From sequence record PP993145.1: a stretch of 64,000 nt of DNA. One strand, written 5' to 3'. The position numbers and the translations under genes are program-made. How positions within the stretch are numbered: the stretch's first letter is position 1; each line of letters begins with the position of its first letter. Below, in pieces: positions 45,475 through 55,379 of the stretch. The DNA comes from Escherichia phage phiP4. The notes under the pieces were generated by a model. That model saw nothing but the letters and a program-made list of their open reading frames with translations. It was not told the DNA's origin and made no database searches.

Positions 45475-47349
45475 ATGAATCGCAATGAAGAACTAAAGTA
45501 TAAAGAAATGCAGGCGTTAATTAGAAACTGCAAAGAGATTATCGAAGGGTCAGCAGATGAAGAGCTGCTGTTTAATAATGCTAATAAACCCTCAGAACGT
45601 TTCCCTACACAAAGGGATATGCTTGCAGGTGAGTTGAGTAAGTATCTGATTCTAGAAGAAATGCCAATTCAGATTCGAAATGCTCATATGATTGGGGATA
45701 TTCATTTCCATGATGCTGATTATGCTGCATTAGGCATGACTAACTGTTGCCTGGTAGCTCTGGAAGATATGTTAAAGAATGGTATGAAGGTTGGTAATGC
45801 TGAAATTAGCACTCCAAACTCTATCACTACTGCGGCGGCTATCACTGCTCAGATTATCACTCAAGTTAGCTCCCATCAGTATGGTGGTACTTCTGTAGAT
45901 CGCCTTGATGAAGTATTAGCCCCTTATGTTCGTAAATCCTATGACAAAAATCATGCGTTTGCAAAACGTTGGACTAAGGATGAAGCCAAAGCATCTGTAA
46001 TGGCTACGGAGATGACTGAAAAAGAAGTCTATGACGCTTGTCAGGGTTTAGAATATGAAATCAATACCATGTTTAACTCTAATGGTCAGAGTCCATTTAT
46101 TACCTTTGGTTTTGGTCTAGGAACTTCCTGGGAAGCACGTCTAGTACAGAAAGCAATACTGAAAGTACGCATGGATGGTTTAGGTATCAATAAACGTACA
46201 GCTATCTTCCCAAAACTGGTATTTGTACTTCGTGATGGCGTAAATATGAAACCAGGAGATGTTAATTATGACATCAAGAAGTTAGCTATGAAATGTACTG
46301 CTGAACGTATGTATCCAGATTATATCAGCTATGACAAAGTTGTAGAAGTTACTGGAGACTACAAAGTTTCTATGGGCTGCCGTTCATTCCTAGCTGCTAC
46401 AGAAGATGGTGAAACTGCCGGTCGTAATAACTTAGGTGTTGTTTCTGTAAACTTGCCTAGAATTGCTATCGAAGCTGAAGGAAATATTGACCTATTCTTT
46501 GATTTGCTTGAGCTACGTGTGGATACAGCATTAAAAGCGTTGGAGTGGAGAGTTGATCGCTTAAAATATATCCAAGCTAAAGCTGCACCCATCCTCTATA
46601 TGTCAGGAGCTTTTGGGTTACGCTTGGAGCCTGATGAATATGTATTCGATCATTTCTATAACCGTGCTTCTGTATCCCTAGGGTATATTGGTTGCCATGA
46701 AATGCTACAGTTCATGTTTGGCAAAGATGTAGACACAATGTCCGAGACCTGCATCAAGTTTGTTCAGCGTGTATTGCAGTACATGCGAGATAGGGTAGAT
46801 CAGAAGAAGGAAGAAACTAAGTTAGGTTATAGCCTATATGCTACACCATCGGAATCCCTATGCGATCGTTTTTGTCGTCTAGACCGTGAGTATTTCCCGG
46901 AGCATGAAGATATTCTGTCCAAAGGATACTACACTAACTCGCACCACCTTGATGTAGAACGTAAAGTTGCTCCTAACGTCAAATTTGATTATGAATCTAA
47001 CTTTACTCCGATTGCTTCTGGTGGGTGCATTTCCTATGTAGAACTACCAGATATGAAACGATTCCCAGATGCACTGGAATGGGTTATTAATTATGCCGCT
47101 AGTAAAGTTCATTACTTCGGTATCAATACTCCAGTGGATTCTTGTGGTAAATGTGGATTCTTAGGTGAAACAATAGCATCCGAGGATGGATTTAAGTGCC
47201 CTATCTGTGGTAATCATGACCCCGAAACTCTTGAAGTAACTCGTCGAGTTTGTGGGTATCTTGGAAATCCGGGTGCTCGTCCCTTTAACCCCGGCAAACA
47301 GCACGAGGTGATGGGCAGAGTGAAACATCAGGATATTCGAGCTAAATAA
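45475..47349 (+). CDS. nrdD: anaerobic ribonucleoside-triphosphate reductase (class III RNR, 624 aa)
   Basis: C-terminal glycyl radical motif RVCGYLG and Cys-rich zinc site (CGKCG ... CPICG). Confidence 0.8.
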   Translation: MNRNEELKYKEMQALIRNCKEIIEGSADEELLFNNANKPSERFPTQRDMLAGELSKYLILEEMPIQIRNAHMIGDIHFHDADYAALGMTNCCLVALEDMLKNGMKVGNAEISTPNSITTAAAITAQIITQVSSHQYGGTSVDRLDEVLAPYVRKSYDKNHAFAKRWTKDEAKASVMATEMTEKEVYDACQGLEYEINTMFNSNGQSPFITFGFGLGTSWEARLVQKAILKVRMDGLGINKRTAIFPKLVFVLRDGVNMKPGDVNYDIKKLAMKCTAERMYPDYISYDKVVEVTGDYKVSMGCRSFLAATEDGETAGRNNLGVVSVNLPRIAIEAEGNIDLFFDLLELRVDTALKALEWRVDRLKYIQAKAAPILYMSGAFGLRLEPDEYVFDHFYNRASVSLGYIGCHEMLQFMFGKDVDTMSETCIKFVQRVLQYMRDRVDQKKEETKLGYSLYATPSESLCDRFCRLDREYFPEHEDILSKGYYTNSHHLDVERKVAPNVKFDYESNFTPIASGGCISYVELPDMKRFPDALEWVINYAASKVHYFGINTPVDSCGKCGFLGETIASEDGFKCPICGNHDPETLEVTRRVCGYLGNPGARPFNPGKQHEVMGRVKHQDIRAK

Positions 47350-47354
47350 GCTAA

Positions 47355-47400
47355 TCAGCCGGGTTGCTAGTCGACCTGGCTTTTATTTTATTTGCTTTCA
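47355..47400 (+). terminator. rho-independent terminator after nrdD (imperfect GC hairpin + TTTTATTTTATTT)
   Basis: Hairpin followed by T-run; overlaps the next promoter. Confidence 0.5.
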
Positions 47401-47420
47401 GCCAAAAATTTATATATAAT
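47392..47420 (+). promoter_or_regulatory. sigma70-type early promoter (TTGCTT-N17-TATAAT)
   Basis: Hexamers and spacer read directly; conserved leader follows. Confidence 0.6.
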
Positions 47421-47448
47421 AGATTTATAAATTTGATGAGAGAAAGAT

Positions 47449-47661
47449 ATGAGAGTTCACAAGGTAGATAAAGAACGTATCTATTTTATTATGGATTCTG
47501 GGGCGTATGGTTCCATTCTCCGTGGGGATATAACTAAATTATGTTTAGTAAATACTTGGATGAACGAAGGGAAGATTGATCCTAGGGTGGGATTGTGCTT
47601 ATCCGAACCCGCCCTTTCTATTGCTAATGCAGAAATTGAAATGTTTGAGGAACAAGAATGA
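47449..47661 (+). CDS. hypothetical protein (70 aa)
   Basis: ORF track. Confidence 0.5.
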   Translation: MRVHKVDKERIYFIMDSGAYGSILRGDITKLCLVNTWMNEGKIDPRVGLCLSEPALSIANAEIEMFEEQE

Positions 47662-47861
47662 AAAACGTAAAACATCTTAAATATCGCTTAATTTACAACG
47701 GACGTATGGAAACAGAAGATCTGGCCCAGTTAGCTATTAATTCTAATGAGGTTACAGTGCGTGCGCTGGCAATTGAAAAGTTGCGTGCCTCTTATGAAAA
47801 TCGTGTTATGGAACTAGAGGAGAAACTTTATGGCATTCTCGAAGCTGATGCTACCAGATAA
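47658..47861 (+). CDS. hypothetical protein (67 aa)
   Basis: ORF track; ATGA overlap with previous. Confidence 0.5.
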   Translation: MKNVKHLKYRLIYNGRMETEDLAQLAINSNEVTVRALAIEKLRASYENRVMELEEKLYGILEADATR

Positions 47862-48051
47862 GGGTTTAAACGACGCTTTGGAAAACGCATTAATGCAGCA
47901 GTGGGAAACTGGCTATAAGGATGGTGTTGAATCCTGTGCTACTATGCTAGAAGTTATTGCTAATACCTTAATGGAGAAAGGCAATAAAGAATTAGCTGAG
48001 CTATTAGACAGTATTGGGCAAAACTTCAGAGAACAGGTGAAAAATGCGTAG
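47830..48051 (+). CDS. hypothetical protein (73 aa)
   Basis: ORF track. Confidence 0.45.
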   Translation: MAFSKLMLPDKGLNDALENALMQQWETGYKDGVESCATMLEVIANTLMEKGNKELAELLDSIGQNFREQVKNA

Positions 48052-48859
48052 ATTAATTATTATTAGTGGTGCAGGTTTGAGTGTTGAAAGTGGTGTACGA
48101 GCTTTTCGTACTGATACTGCTAGTGGTAAAGCATTGTGGGATGATTATGATCTAGAAGAGGTATGTAATATTCATGCCTTTCGTGGTAATTTTTATCATA
48201 AAACCCATATGTTTTACAACAAGCGTCGTGAAGAGCTAAAAACTGTTGAACCCAATCTTGCGCATTTGCGTATTGGTGAATGGTATAAACAATATCCAGG
48301 CCAAGTAGTAAACTTGACTACCAACGTTGATGACCTTATTGAGCGTGCTGGCGTTCCACATAGTGACATTCTGCACATTCACGGATATTTAAAAGAGGTT
48401 GTTGTAGCTGATAGCTACAATAGTAGCAATAAACGGATTATTGATGTAGGGTACAATTCTATTGATCCAGACGATTATAAATGGGTTAAACCTAATGTAA
48501 TCTTTTTTGGGGAGCATGCTCCAGCGTACGCAGAAATGTACAATGTTTTTGATGGTATTACCAGTCAAGATATGATCGTTGTGGTTGGTTGCTCTAACCA
48601 AGTAATTAACTTCTACTGGGAATTATTTCCTGTTCTTAATTTGACTGCTGCCAAGCTAATGGTTGTTAACTACTATGATAGTGCCCTAGCGGCGGAACCG
48701 AGCTATCAAGGTATGACTCGTAGTGAGATGTACCAGCTGGAAGAACGCGGTATCCCTTACTGGAGTAAAGGTGCGGTAGATGCTTTCAGTGATCCTGATT
48801 TTATTGCTCGTGTAGAAGCTCATTTAGAGGGTAGACCTTATGTGTCAGGAAATAAGTAA
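48044..48859 (+). CDS. Sir2-family (sirtuin-like) NAD-dependent protein (271 aa)
   Basis: N-terminal GAGLSVESGVRAFR resembles the sirtuin NAD-binding motif GAGIS.ESGI..FR. Confidence 0.6.
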   Translation: MRRLIIISGAGLSVESGVRAFRTDTASGKALWDDYDLEEVCNIHAFRGNFYHKTHMFYNKRREELKTVEPNLAHLRIGEWYKQYPGQVVNLTTNVDDLIERAGVPHSDILHIHGYLKEVVVADSYNSSNKRIIDVGYNSIDPDDYKWVKPNVIFFGEHAPAYAEMYNVFDGITSQDMIVVVGCSNQVINFYWELFPVLNLTAAKLMVVNYYDSALAAEPSYQGMTRSEMYQLEERGIPYWSKGAVDAFSDPDFIARVEAHLEGRPYVSGNK

Positions 48860-49352
48860 TACTCCAATTATTTTTCTAGACATTGATGGGGTGCTCAATT
48901 CGAGCATCTCCCAATATCATGCGCCTGATGATGAAAAGATTTTCTTTGGAAGTGATTGGGTTTTCAAACCGCTTCTCAAGGCTTTTCAGGACTTTATTCG
49001 TCCTTCTCCAATAATGATTGTTGGAGTATCATCTTGGTTCTCTGTCAGAAATGAGATGGAGAACGTTCAGATTATGACCGGATTAGGTCTTATCGATCGT
49101 TTTCTTGGTACAACGGATTTTACTGGGGGTGGATTATCTAGGGGTAATTCTGTTCTTCGCTTCGTTGAAAAGCATAAGCTCAAACATTGGTGTGTGCTTG
49201 ATGATGCGGGTGCTATGATGTATCAGTATCCAACGGTTATAGTCAACGGTAGGACTGGAATAAATCTTCAAGATTTAAGAGCTGTTAGCTATATGTTAGA
49301 ATTTAGTCCGGATCTTGAAATGTGTAAATCCTTACAACAATTTAAGGTGTAA
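48840..49352 (+). CDS. HAD-superfamily phosphatase-like protein (170 aa)
   Basis: Motif I FLDIDGVLN near the N-terminus. Confidence 0.5.
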   Translation: MCQEISNTPIIFLDIDGVLNSSISQYHAPDDEKIFFGSDWVFKPLLKAFQDFIRPSPIMIVGVSSWFSVRNEMENVQIMTGLGLIDRFLGTTDFTGGGLSRGNSVLRFVEKHKLKHWCVLDDAGAMMYQYPTVIVNGRTGINLQDLRAVSYMLEFSPDLEMCKSLQQFKV

Positions 49353-49354
49353 AT

Positions 49355-49783
49355 ATGTTCAACAATGTATTCTCTAAAGAAGCTAACCCAATTTTGGTTA
49401 ACTTTTGGCGTACTCTCCCAGCTAGCCTGTATAATGAGACTATTAACTCTTTGAAAATATGGTGTGAGAATAACGAAATCTCCTTTGCTTTTAAAGATGA
49501 TATTGATGAGGCTCCCTGTATTGGTTTAATTGTTCAGGTAGAGGAGGGTCTTGAAGAGATTGTCGGCTGGAAAGAGTTAGATGAAATGGGCTTAGTTTTT
49601 GCATTAAACTATAAGCTGTTTATGCCTGCTAAGCATCGCCTCGTTGTTAACTATAAAACTAGTGAATCTCCTGGTTTTCAGGTTAATGAACGTTATGGTT
49701 GGTCTTACTCACCGGAAGAAGTAAATGAGGGGATTCAGAAACTTCGACGTTTCGGGTATATGATCCCAGGTTTAACTGCTTAA
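49355..49783 (+). CDS. hypothetical protein, tandem paralog A (142 aa)
   Basis: Shares blocks with the next ORF (DEAPCIG/DDPCVG, MGLVFALN/MGLIVALN, PGL C-terminus). Confidence 0.5.
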   Translation: MFNNVFSKEANPILVNFWRTLPASLYNETINSLKIWCENNEISFAFKDDIDEAPCIGLIVQVEEGLEEIVGWKELDEMGLVFALNYKLFMPAKHRLVVNYKTSESPGFQVNERYGWSYSPEEVNEGIQKLRRFGYMIPGLTA

Positions 49784-49792
49784 GGAGGCAGA

Positions 49793-50185
49793 ATGGAACA
49801 AGTATATTGGCGTCAGATTGATCCTAGTTTGGTGAAACGTGCGGAGAAGCTGCTACAACGTTGGTTGGGGGTAAGACAAGCCTCCTTCACTTTTCCGGAG
49901 CAGCAAATAGATGATCCCTGTGTTGGTGTTTTCCTATCCGGCTACGCGGGGGGATGGGAGTTGGATTGGAATGAATTGTCTGCTATGGGCTTGATTGTTG
50001 CCCTAAACTTCTCTTTGTTCCATCCACGTGGTTTGGCCATATGTCGTGTGCCGGATGATGGTTGTTCGCCATATCTTTTACAGGTGGAAGATGATATTTG
50101 GGAGTACACTCCAGATATTCTCGCAGAAGCTAAAGAACAATTAAATCGTGTTGGGATTTATGTTCCGGGCCTAAATGATGAATGA
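49793..50185 (+). CDS. hypothetical protein, tandem paralog B (130 aa)
   Basis: Paralogous to the previous ORF. Confidence 0.5.
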   Translation: MEQVYWRQIDPSLVKRAEKLLQRWLGVRQASFTFPEQQIDDPCVGVFLSGYAGGWELDWNELSAMGLIVALNFSLFHPRGLAICRVPDDGCSPYLLQVEDDIWEYTPDILAEAKEQLNRVGIYVPGLNDE

Positions 50186-50276
50186 TTTTTATTAGCTCAA
50201 CTCTGATTACCGAGTCATTTTGGCTCGGTTTTATCCGTACTCAAGACCAATGATAGCACCATCCGGAAAATTTTAC

Positions 50277-50305
50277 TTGCAGGATGCCCAAAATCTTGAT
50301 ATAAT
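50277..50305 (+). promoter_or_regulatory. sigma70-type promoter (TTGCAG-N17-TATAAT) about 500 nt upstream of the large ATPase gene
   Basis: Hexamers and spacer read directly. Confidence 0.5.
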
Positions 50306-50804
50306 ATTTATATTGAATTGAGAGACATTAGTAAAAATTGATTTTGCTAATTTTTCTTGTTTACAATCCGCGATACGGAACAGTTAGGCTGCCCCATTAA
50401 GGGTTGTTTTAACTGTTACGTGTTAGTTTTTAAACAAATAGTTAATAGAATACTTAGCGATCTACATCCCGTAGGAACCCTGGTAAGGCCTCGAAGCAAC
50501 CTAGTGTGAGGTGGTTGTGAAGTGAGACGGGAGGAGTGAAAAACTCCGAGAAGTGATGACGTAAGGTATACTGCATCTAGTATGAGCTAGTACATGAAGC
50601 ATTAGGTGAGCAAATCTGGCTTAGCGGCCATCCTCAAGGATTTGTGCGGTATAGTGAAGCGGCAGTGTAGCGTGAAAGTGGAAGTTGCCACCCCACTTCA
50701 GTATTTGCAATTAATTTGTTGAGAAATTGACAGTAACAGTTGTTCTATTCTTTCTGAATAGTCCTAAAGAAAACTTATTTCATTTCCAACACAGGAGTAT
50801 TGTT

Positions 50805-53594
50805 GTGTTCTCAATCCTACAAGGTCATGCAGGATTTCATCGCGACTTAGCCACAGGCATTTGGCGAGAAGTTAAAGCAGAAGACTATCTTTTTGCTAAA
50901 AGATTTTCCTCAAAGCATCCTGAAGGTAAACCAGCTTCAATGCCCTTCAAGTTTGATGTAATTGATGAAGTTGATCCTCAAACCCTAGTAGAAATGCTCC
51001 CTCTTATGAGACGTTTAACGTCTGACCCTCATATCGTTGCGGTACGAGGTCGATGTCTTGCACCTAAAAATAATGTGCGACGTAAGAAGGGCAACTTTAA
51101 TGTATCTAATCCAAGTCATATAATTGCAATGGATGTGGATGGTATTGTAGATACAGGTGGTTGTAACAAGTTTGATCTTGTTGGCATGGCTCGACATATT
51201 ATTAGAATGTTAAATAGTATTAGTGAGGATATGTTTCCTCTTGATGCAGGGTTTATCGCTCATGCATCGTCTTCGGCTGGGCTAAAACCAGGTATCCGAA
51301 TGCACTTAATACTAGAATCTAATGTTAAGGTAACTCAGGGTCAAATCAAGTTCTTATTTACATCTATCAACGAAAGTAGTAGACAAAAGTATGGCTTTGA
51401 TATTGCCGACTTAGCTTATTACTCTTCCGTACAGCTCCATTATTTCGCAGATCCGTTATTTACTGATGGTATAGTAGATCCGTTTAAAGCGGAGGGTGCT
51501 TCACGTCTGGTATTTGTTAAGGGTTCTAAAGTAAATTTACCAAATAATCTGGTTGACTATGAAACAACTAGAGGTGAGTTTAAGGAGGAGTTTTACTCTT
51601 TACTCGATCAAATTAAAGGTAAAAAAGCTGCCTCTGATAAAGTAGAGGAAACTATCAGCGAACTAGAAGAAGCTGAGGATGGAGTGTATCTACGTATCAT
51701 ACCTAAACTCTATCACAGAGCTTTAGAGGATGGTGTTGATTTTGCATGGCTAGAAAAAGAAATCCGTCCAGCCTTATCAGAATATATTGCAACTAAAGAT
51801 AATAGTCGTAATATTCAAGATTACTTTAATAATGGTCGTAAACAGGCTCTGAAGGCGTTTGTTAATAATTCTAAACGCGATATACCTGATGTTTTAAAAG
51901 GTATTCCACTTAAAAAGCTAGAAACTAATTCTCTAGAAACTGATAACTTCTTGAAATTAAATACTGTACCACCAGAAGGTTATATGACTTTTGTAAAAGC
52001 AAGTCTAGGTACAGGTAAAACTACGGCGGTTGTGCGTTGGTTAGATTCAGGAGTTATTAAAGGTAATTTCTTAGCAATTACCAACACTCGAGCACTGGTA
52101 TCTTCAAATGCTAAGAAATTTAGTGCAGGACAATATGATAAGTCTGTAGATATGCTTAATTTTAAGCGTGGCGCTATTGACCGTATGTCCACAACTATTC
52201 ACTCTTTGCATAAGTTCAAGAGTTTTATTGGTCAAATTGATGCAATCTTTATCGATGAATGTGATGCTGTAATGAATGACCTATTATTCGCCCCGGTTGT
52301 TAAACAACGTCGTGAATGTATTCAGGTTCTTCGGGATATTCTTGCAACTGCAAAAATTATTATATTATCTGATGGGGATATTAGTGCAGAAACAATTGAA
52401 GCATATGGTTCTTTGATTGAGTTCGATAAACCGGTTGCATTTTATAATCATCACCGTAAAATGCTATCAAAAGCTCATGCTTATGAGTTCCCGGATGAAT
52501 CCAGTATTTGGGTTGCACTTCAGACTTCTCTAGAAATGGGTGAGAAATCTATTCTGGTATCTGATTGTGGTCCTGATGAACTGAATGAGAAGGGTATGGC
52601 ACTGCGTCGTAATACGGGTGCATTAGTTAAGGAAATCCACTCAAACTCTACGTCTGATGTAGATATTCGACGTATTCTGGATTACACAACTAATGAGCTA
52701 ATTGACCAACAAATTGATTGCTTATTATGTAGTCCATCCGTAACGAGTGGTGTTGACTTCAACTACTTTGATAACGTATTCGTTATTACTAGAACTAGTA
52801 ATCAAGCGCCAAACATGCGTTTCCAAGCAATCAGGCGCGACCGTGGCGCTCAGAACATTTATTATTTTATTGATAAATCTACTAGTGGATTCTCTGCAGG
52901 TTCTGAACAATATAACATTGATGAAGGTTGGCTGGAGTTAGCACAGCAATTATACGCACGTCGTAGGGAGCTGGAGTCTAGGAACTATACTAGTACTTTA
53001 CGTTATTACTTGCTTGATCAGGGTGCAACTATTGATATTTTCAGTGAAAGCTGGGGAACTATCGAAGGTGCAGGAAAAGAGTATACGGAAGAGCGAATCA
53101 AAGCTATTTTGTATTCAACTCCTGATTATTGTGCTCCACGCCATGCAGATGCGTATGAAGCTAAACTACTTCTTGTTCGCTATTATCATCTTGAGTCTAT
53201 TAAAGATGTAACAGTTGAGCACGTTGAACAATATATCAAGGATAAACCGAATGATCGAGCGGCATTCTTCCATAAAATGCACGAGATGTTCTGGGAAGAT
53301 ATTAAGAAGTGTTCAAATGTCACTATCAAACCATTCATAGAAGCTCTGAAAGGTAAGAAGAAAGATTTCTTCCTTAAAACAGGCCAGAGTGCTAACCCAA
53401 AATATGCAAGAATGTATCTTGGTATGATGGGTATTGGTAAGGATATGAACACGGAGAATATTGTAGACTGGTACAGAACCTATTGTAAAATCGAGTGTAT
53501 GCCAATCCCGTATAAGTTTATGACTGATGAGGAGAAACATATGCATGATGAAGCAATGGCAGAGCTAGGTGCTAGAAATGACAGTGAAGAATAA
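50805..53594 (+). CDS. large P-loop NTPase, putative replication helicase or origin-binding protein (track ORF 50727..53594; GTG start at 50805)
   Basis: Walker A SLGTGKTT, Walker B-like FIDECD; AGGAG RBS before GTG. Confidence 0.6.
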   Translation: MFSILQGHAGFHRDLATGIWREVKAEDYLFAKRFSSKHPEGKPASMPFKFDVIDEVDPQTLVEMLPLMRRLTSDPHIVAVRGRCLAPKNNVRRKKGNFNVSNPSHIIAMDVDGIVDTGGCNKFDLVGMARHIIRMLNSISEDMFPLDAGFIAHASSSAGLKPGIRMHLILESNVKVTQGQIKFLFTSINESSRQKYGFDIADLAYYSSVQLHYFADPLFTDGIVDPFKAEGASRLVFVKGSKVNLPNNLVDYETTRGEFKEEFYSLLDQIKGKKAASDKVEETISELEEAEDGVYLRIIPKLYHRALEDGVDFAWLEKEIRPALSEYIATKDNSRNIQDYFNNGRKQALKAFVNNSKRDIPDVLKGIPLKKLETNSLETDNFLKLNTVPPEGYMTFVKASLGTGKTTAVVRWLDSGVIKGNFLAITNTRALVSSNAKKFSAGQYDKSVDMLNFKRGAIDRMSTTIHSLHKFKSFIGQIDAIFIDECDAVMNDLLFAPVVKQRRECIQVLRDILATAKIIILSDGDISAETIEAYGSLIEFDKPVAFYNHHRKMLSKAHAYEFPDESSIWVALQTSLEMGEKSILVSDCGPDELNEKGMALRRNTGALVKEIHSNSTSDVDIRRILDYTTNELIDQQIDCLLCSPSVTSGVDFNYFDNVFVITRTSNQAPNMRFQAIRRDRGAQNIYYFIDKSTSGFSAGSEQYNIDEGWLELAQQLYARRRELESRNYTSTLRYYLLDQGATIDIFSESWGTIEGAGKEYTEERIKAILYSTPDYCAPRHADAYEAKLLLVRYYHLESIKDVTVEHVEQYIKDKPNDRAAFFHKMHEMFWEDIKKCSNVTIKPFIEALKGKKKDFFLKTGQSANPKYARMYLGMMGIGKDMNTENIVDWYRTYCKIECMPIPYKFMTDEEKHMHDEAMAELGARNDSEE

Positions 53595-53811
53595 AAAATG
53601 GGAAACAAGGAAGTTCCCAGTAAAAGAGCGTAAAGTTCCTGTTTACGACACTTCGGAAAAGCTATGTAGGGTGGTACCACATAGATTAGCTGGCATCCCT
53701 AACATATCCGAGTGGTTACTTAAACAACGGAAAACAAACGTGTCTCTTCGCATCGGCTTTGAGTTAGATAAAGTCTATGCTGAACTTGCTTCTTTGCTCA
53801 AGGAATCGTAA
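53569..53811 (+). CDS. hypothetical basic protein (80 aa)
   Basis: ORF track; overlaps the 3-prime end of the ATPase gene. Confidence 0.35.
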   Translation: MLEMTVKNKKWETRKFPVKERKVPVYDTSEKLCRVVPHRLAGIPNISEWLLKQRKTNVSLRIGFELDKVYAELASLLKES

Positions 53812-53819
53812 AAATTTAT

Positions 53820-53848
53820 TTGCTTTCAGGAAAATTTTTCTGTATAAT
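53820..53848 (+). promoter_or_regulatory. PN25-like strong early promoter (TTGCTT-N17-TATAAT) with leader ATTCATAAATTTGAGAGAGGAGTT
   Basis: Near-exact match to the phage T5 PN25 promoter and leader as recalled. Confidence 0.75.
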
Positions 53849-53879
53849 AGATTCATAAATTTGAGAGAGGAGTTTAAAT

Positions 53880-54584
53880 ATGGCTGGTTCTCGTAGAAAG
53901 AAACACATTCATGAAATCCCGGATGAGGTCTTTAAAAAGGTTATAGAGCATCTGGAGAACGGGGGCACTAAGAAAGCAGCATGTGAAATGCTCGGCGTAT
54001 CATCCAATCCAACTATGGAAAGGATGATTGAAGAATGGCAAGACCGCCAGATTCAAGTTGCCGAAATGAAGAAAAAGAAACGTGGCACACTTATTGAGGG
54101 CATCGAGTTAGCTAACGTTATTGAGCAGTATTTATCTGGTGATTCTTTCGAAGAAATTGCCGATCGTAATTACCGCTCTGTAGCAATGGTTAAATCTGTT
54201 CTGGAACGATATGGTGCTCTACTTCGTTTGAACGATATTGTAGATCCATTGAATCCCCCAATTATTCCTGATGATGCTGTAGCAGAAGAATTTGCAGTTG
54301 GTGAGCTTGTTTGGGTTCCTGGATACCAGTGTATCGGTGAAATCAAAAAAGCAATGGATAATCCTGTTGGTTGTTACCGTGTATGGCTTCTATCGGAAGG
54401 CAAACAACAGAACGTCCATTATATGAATTACGAGCTGGCCTCTGTTAAACATCTGGAAAAGCTAGGGGTTGACGTAAAGTCTCTGGGATATAAATGGACT
54501 CGTGAAGAAATTATTACGTTGATTAACGAAGCTGTTAAGGCTGCCCTGAAACTTGATAAAGAAAAAGGAAAACGCCGTGAGTAG
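53880..54584 (+). CDS. early protein (234 aa) expressed from the PN25-like promoter
   Basis: ORF track; strong RBS GAGAGG. Confidence 0.6.
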   Translation: MAGSRRKKHIHEIPDEVFKKVIEHLENGGTKKAACEMLGVSSNPTMERMIEEWQDRQIQVAEMKKKKRGTLIEGIELANVIEQYLSGDSFEEIADRNYRSVAMVKSVLERYGALLRLNDIVDPLNPPIIPDDAVAEEFAVGELVWVPGYQCIGEIKKAMDNPVGCYRVWLLSEGKQQNVHYMNYELASVKHLEKLGVDVKSLGYKWTREEIITLINEAVKAALKLDKEKGKRRE

Positions 54585-54828
54585 GCTAACTGATTTGCTT
54601 AAAGATGGGGAAGTAAAAACTCTCTATCGTAGAAGCTGGGATAATGATAATAATGGCTTAGTATTACTAACTCTAGATGCTGACTCAGATGTAGTTACCC
54701 AACATACCTGGGTAGCTGGTAATTATCCCTATAGTGAGGTTGTTACGTTAACAGTATGCGAAGCTATTGCCGACGATTGGGAGGTTGCCAGCATCGATGA
54801 TATGCTCGCTGTTGGCCTGGTGGAGTAA
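54553..54828 (+). CDS. hypothetical protein (91 aa)
   Basis: ORF track. Confidence 0.5.
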   Translation: MIKKKENAVSRLTDLLKDGEVKTLYRRSWDNDNNGLVLLTLDADSDVVTQHTWVAGNYPYSEVVTLTVCEAIADDWEVASIDDMLAVGLVE

Positions 54829-54845
54829 CTACAGAAAAATTTCAG

Positions 54846-54874
54846 TTGCTTAATCCTATAATTCTTGATATAAT
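54846..54874 (+). promoter_or_regulatory. sigma70-type early promoter (TTGCTT-N17-TATAAT)
   Basis: Hexamers and spacer read directly. Confidence 0.55.
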
Positions 54875-54931
54875 ATTCTCATAGTTTGAAAGAACTATTC
54901 TGTTTAATTCTTAATTAAGGAAATATAAAAT

Positions 54932-55342
54932 ATGACTACTCCAACTCAGTGGACTGATGAACTGTTCGAAAAAATGTCTTCCGAATACGTTGCTCGTATG
55001 GAGCAATTCCCCGAGGATGAACGTCCGGGTGTTAGCATGGAAATTGTTAGCGAAATTGCCCAGGAAAATGGTGTAACTCCGAACGGTTTTCGTATGAAGC
55101 TGACTAAAGCAGGTTTGTATATCAAGAAAGCTGCTGGCTCCGCTTCTAAATCTAGCGCATCTACTGGAGAAAAAGCTTCTGGTGGTTCTCGTACTTCCAA
55201 AGCTCAAGCTCATGCCGATCTTCGTTCAGCATTCTCTGATGCTGGCCTAGCACCAGATTTTCTGGATGATGCAATTATCGACAAACTGACCGGTAAAGCG
55301 GCCGCTCATCTGGCAGAAGCAATCCGAGCTATCACTAAGTAA
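54932..55342 (+). CDS. hypothetical protein (136 aa)
   Basis: ORF track. Confidence 0.55.
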   Translation: MTTPTQWTDELFEKMSSEYVARMEQFPEDERPGVSMEIVSEIAQENGVTPNGFRMKLTKAGLYIKKAAGSASKSSASTGEKASGGSRTSKAQAHADLRSAFSDAGLAPDFLDDAIIDKLTGKAAAHLAEAIRAITK

Positions 55343-55379
55343 TTTTTAGATAAATCCACCAACAAAAGGAACTACAGTT

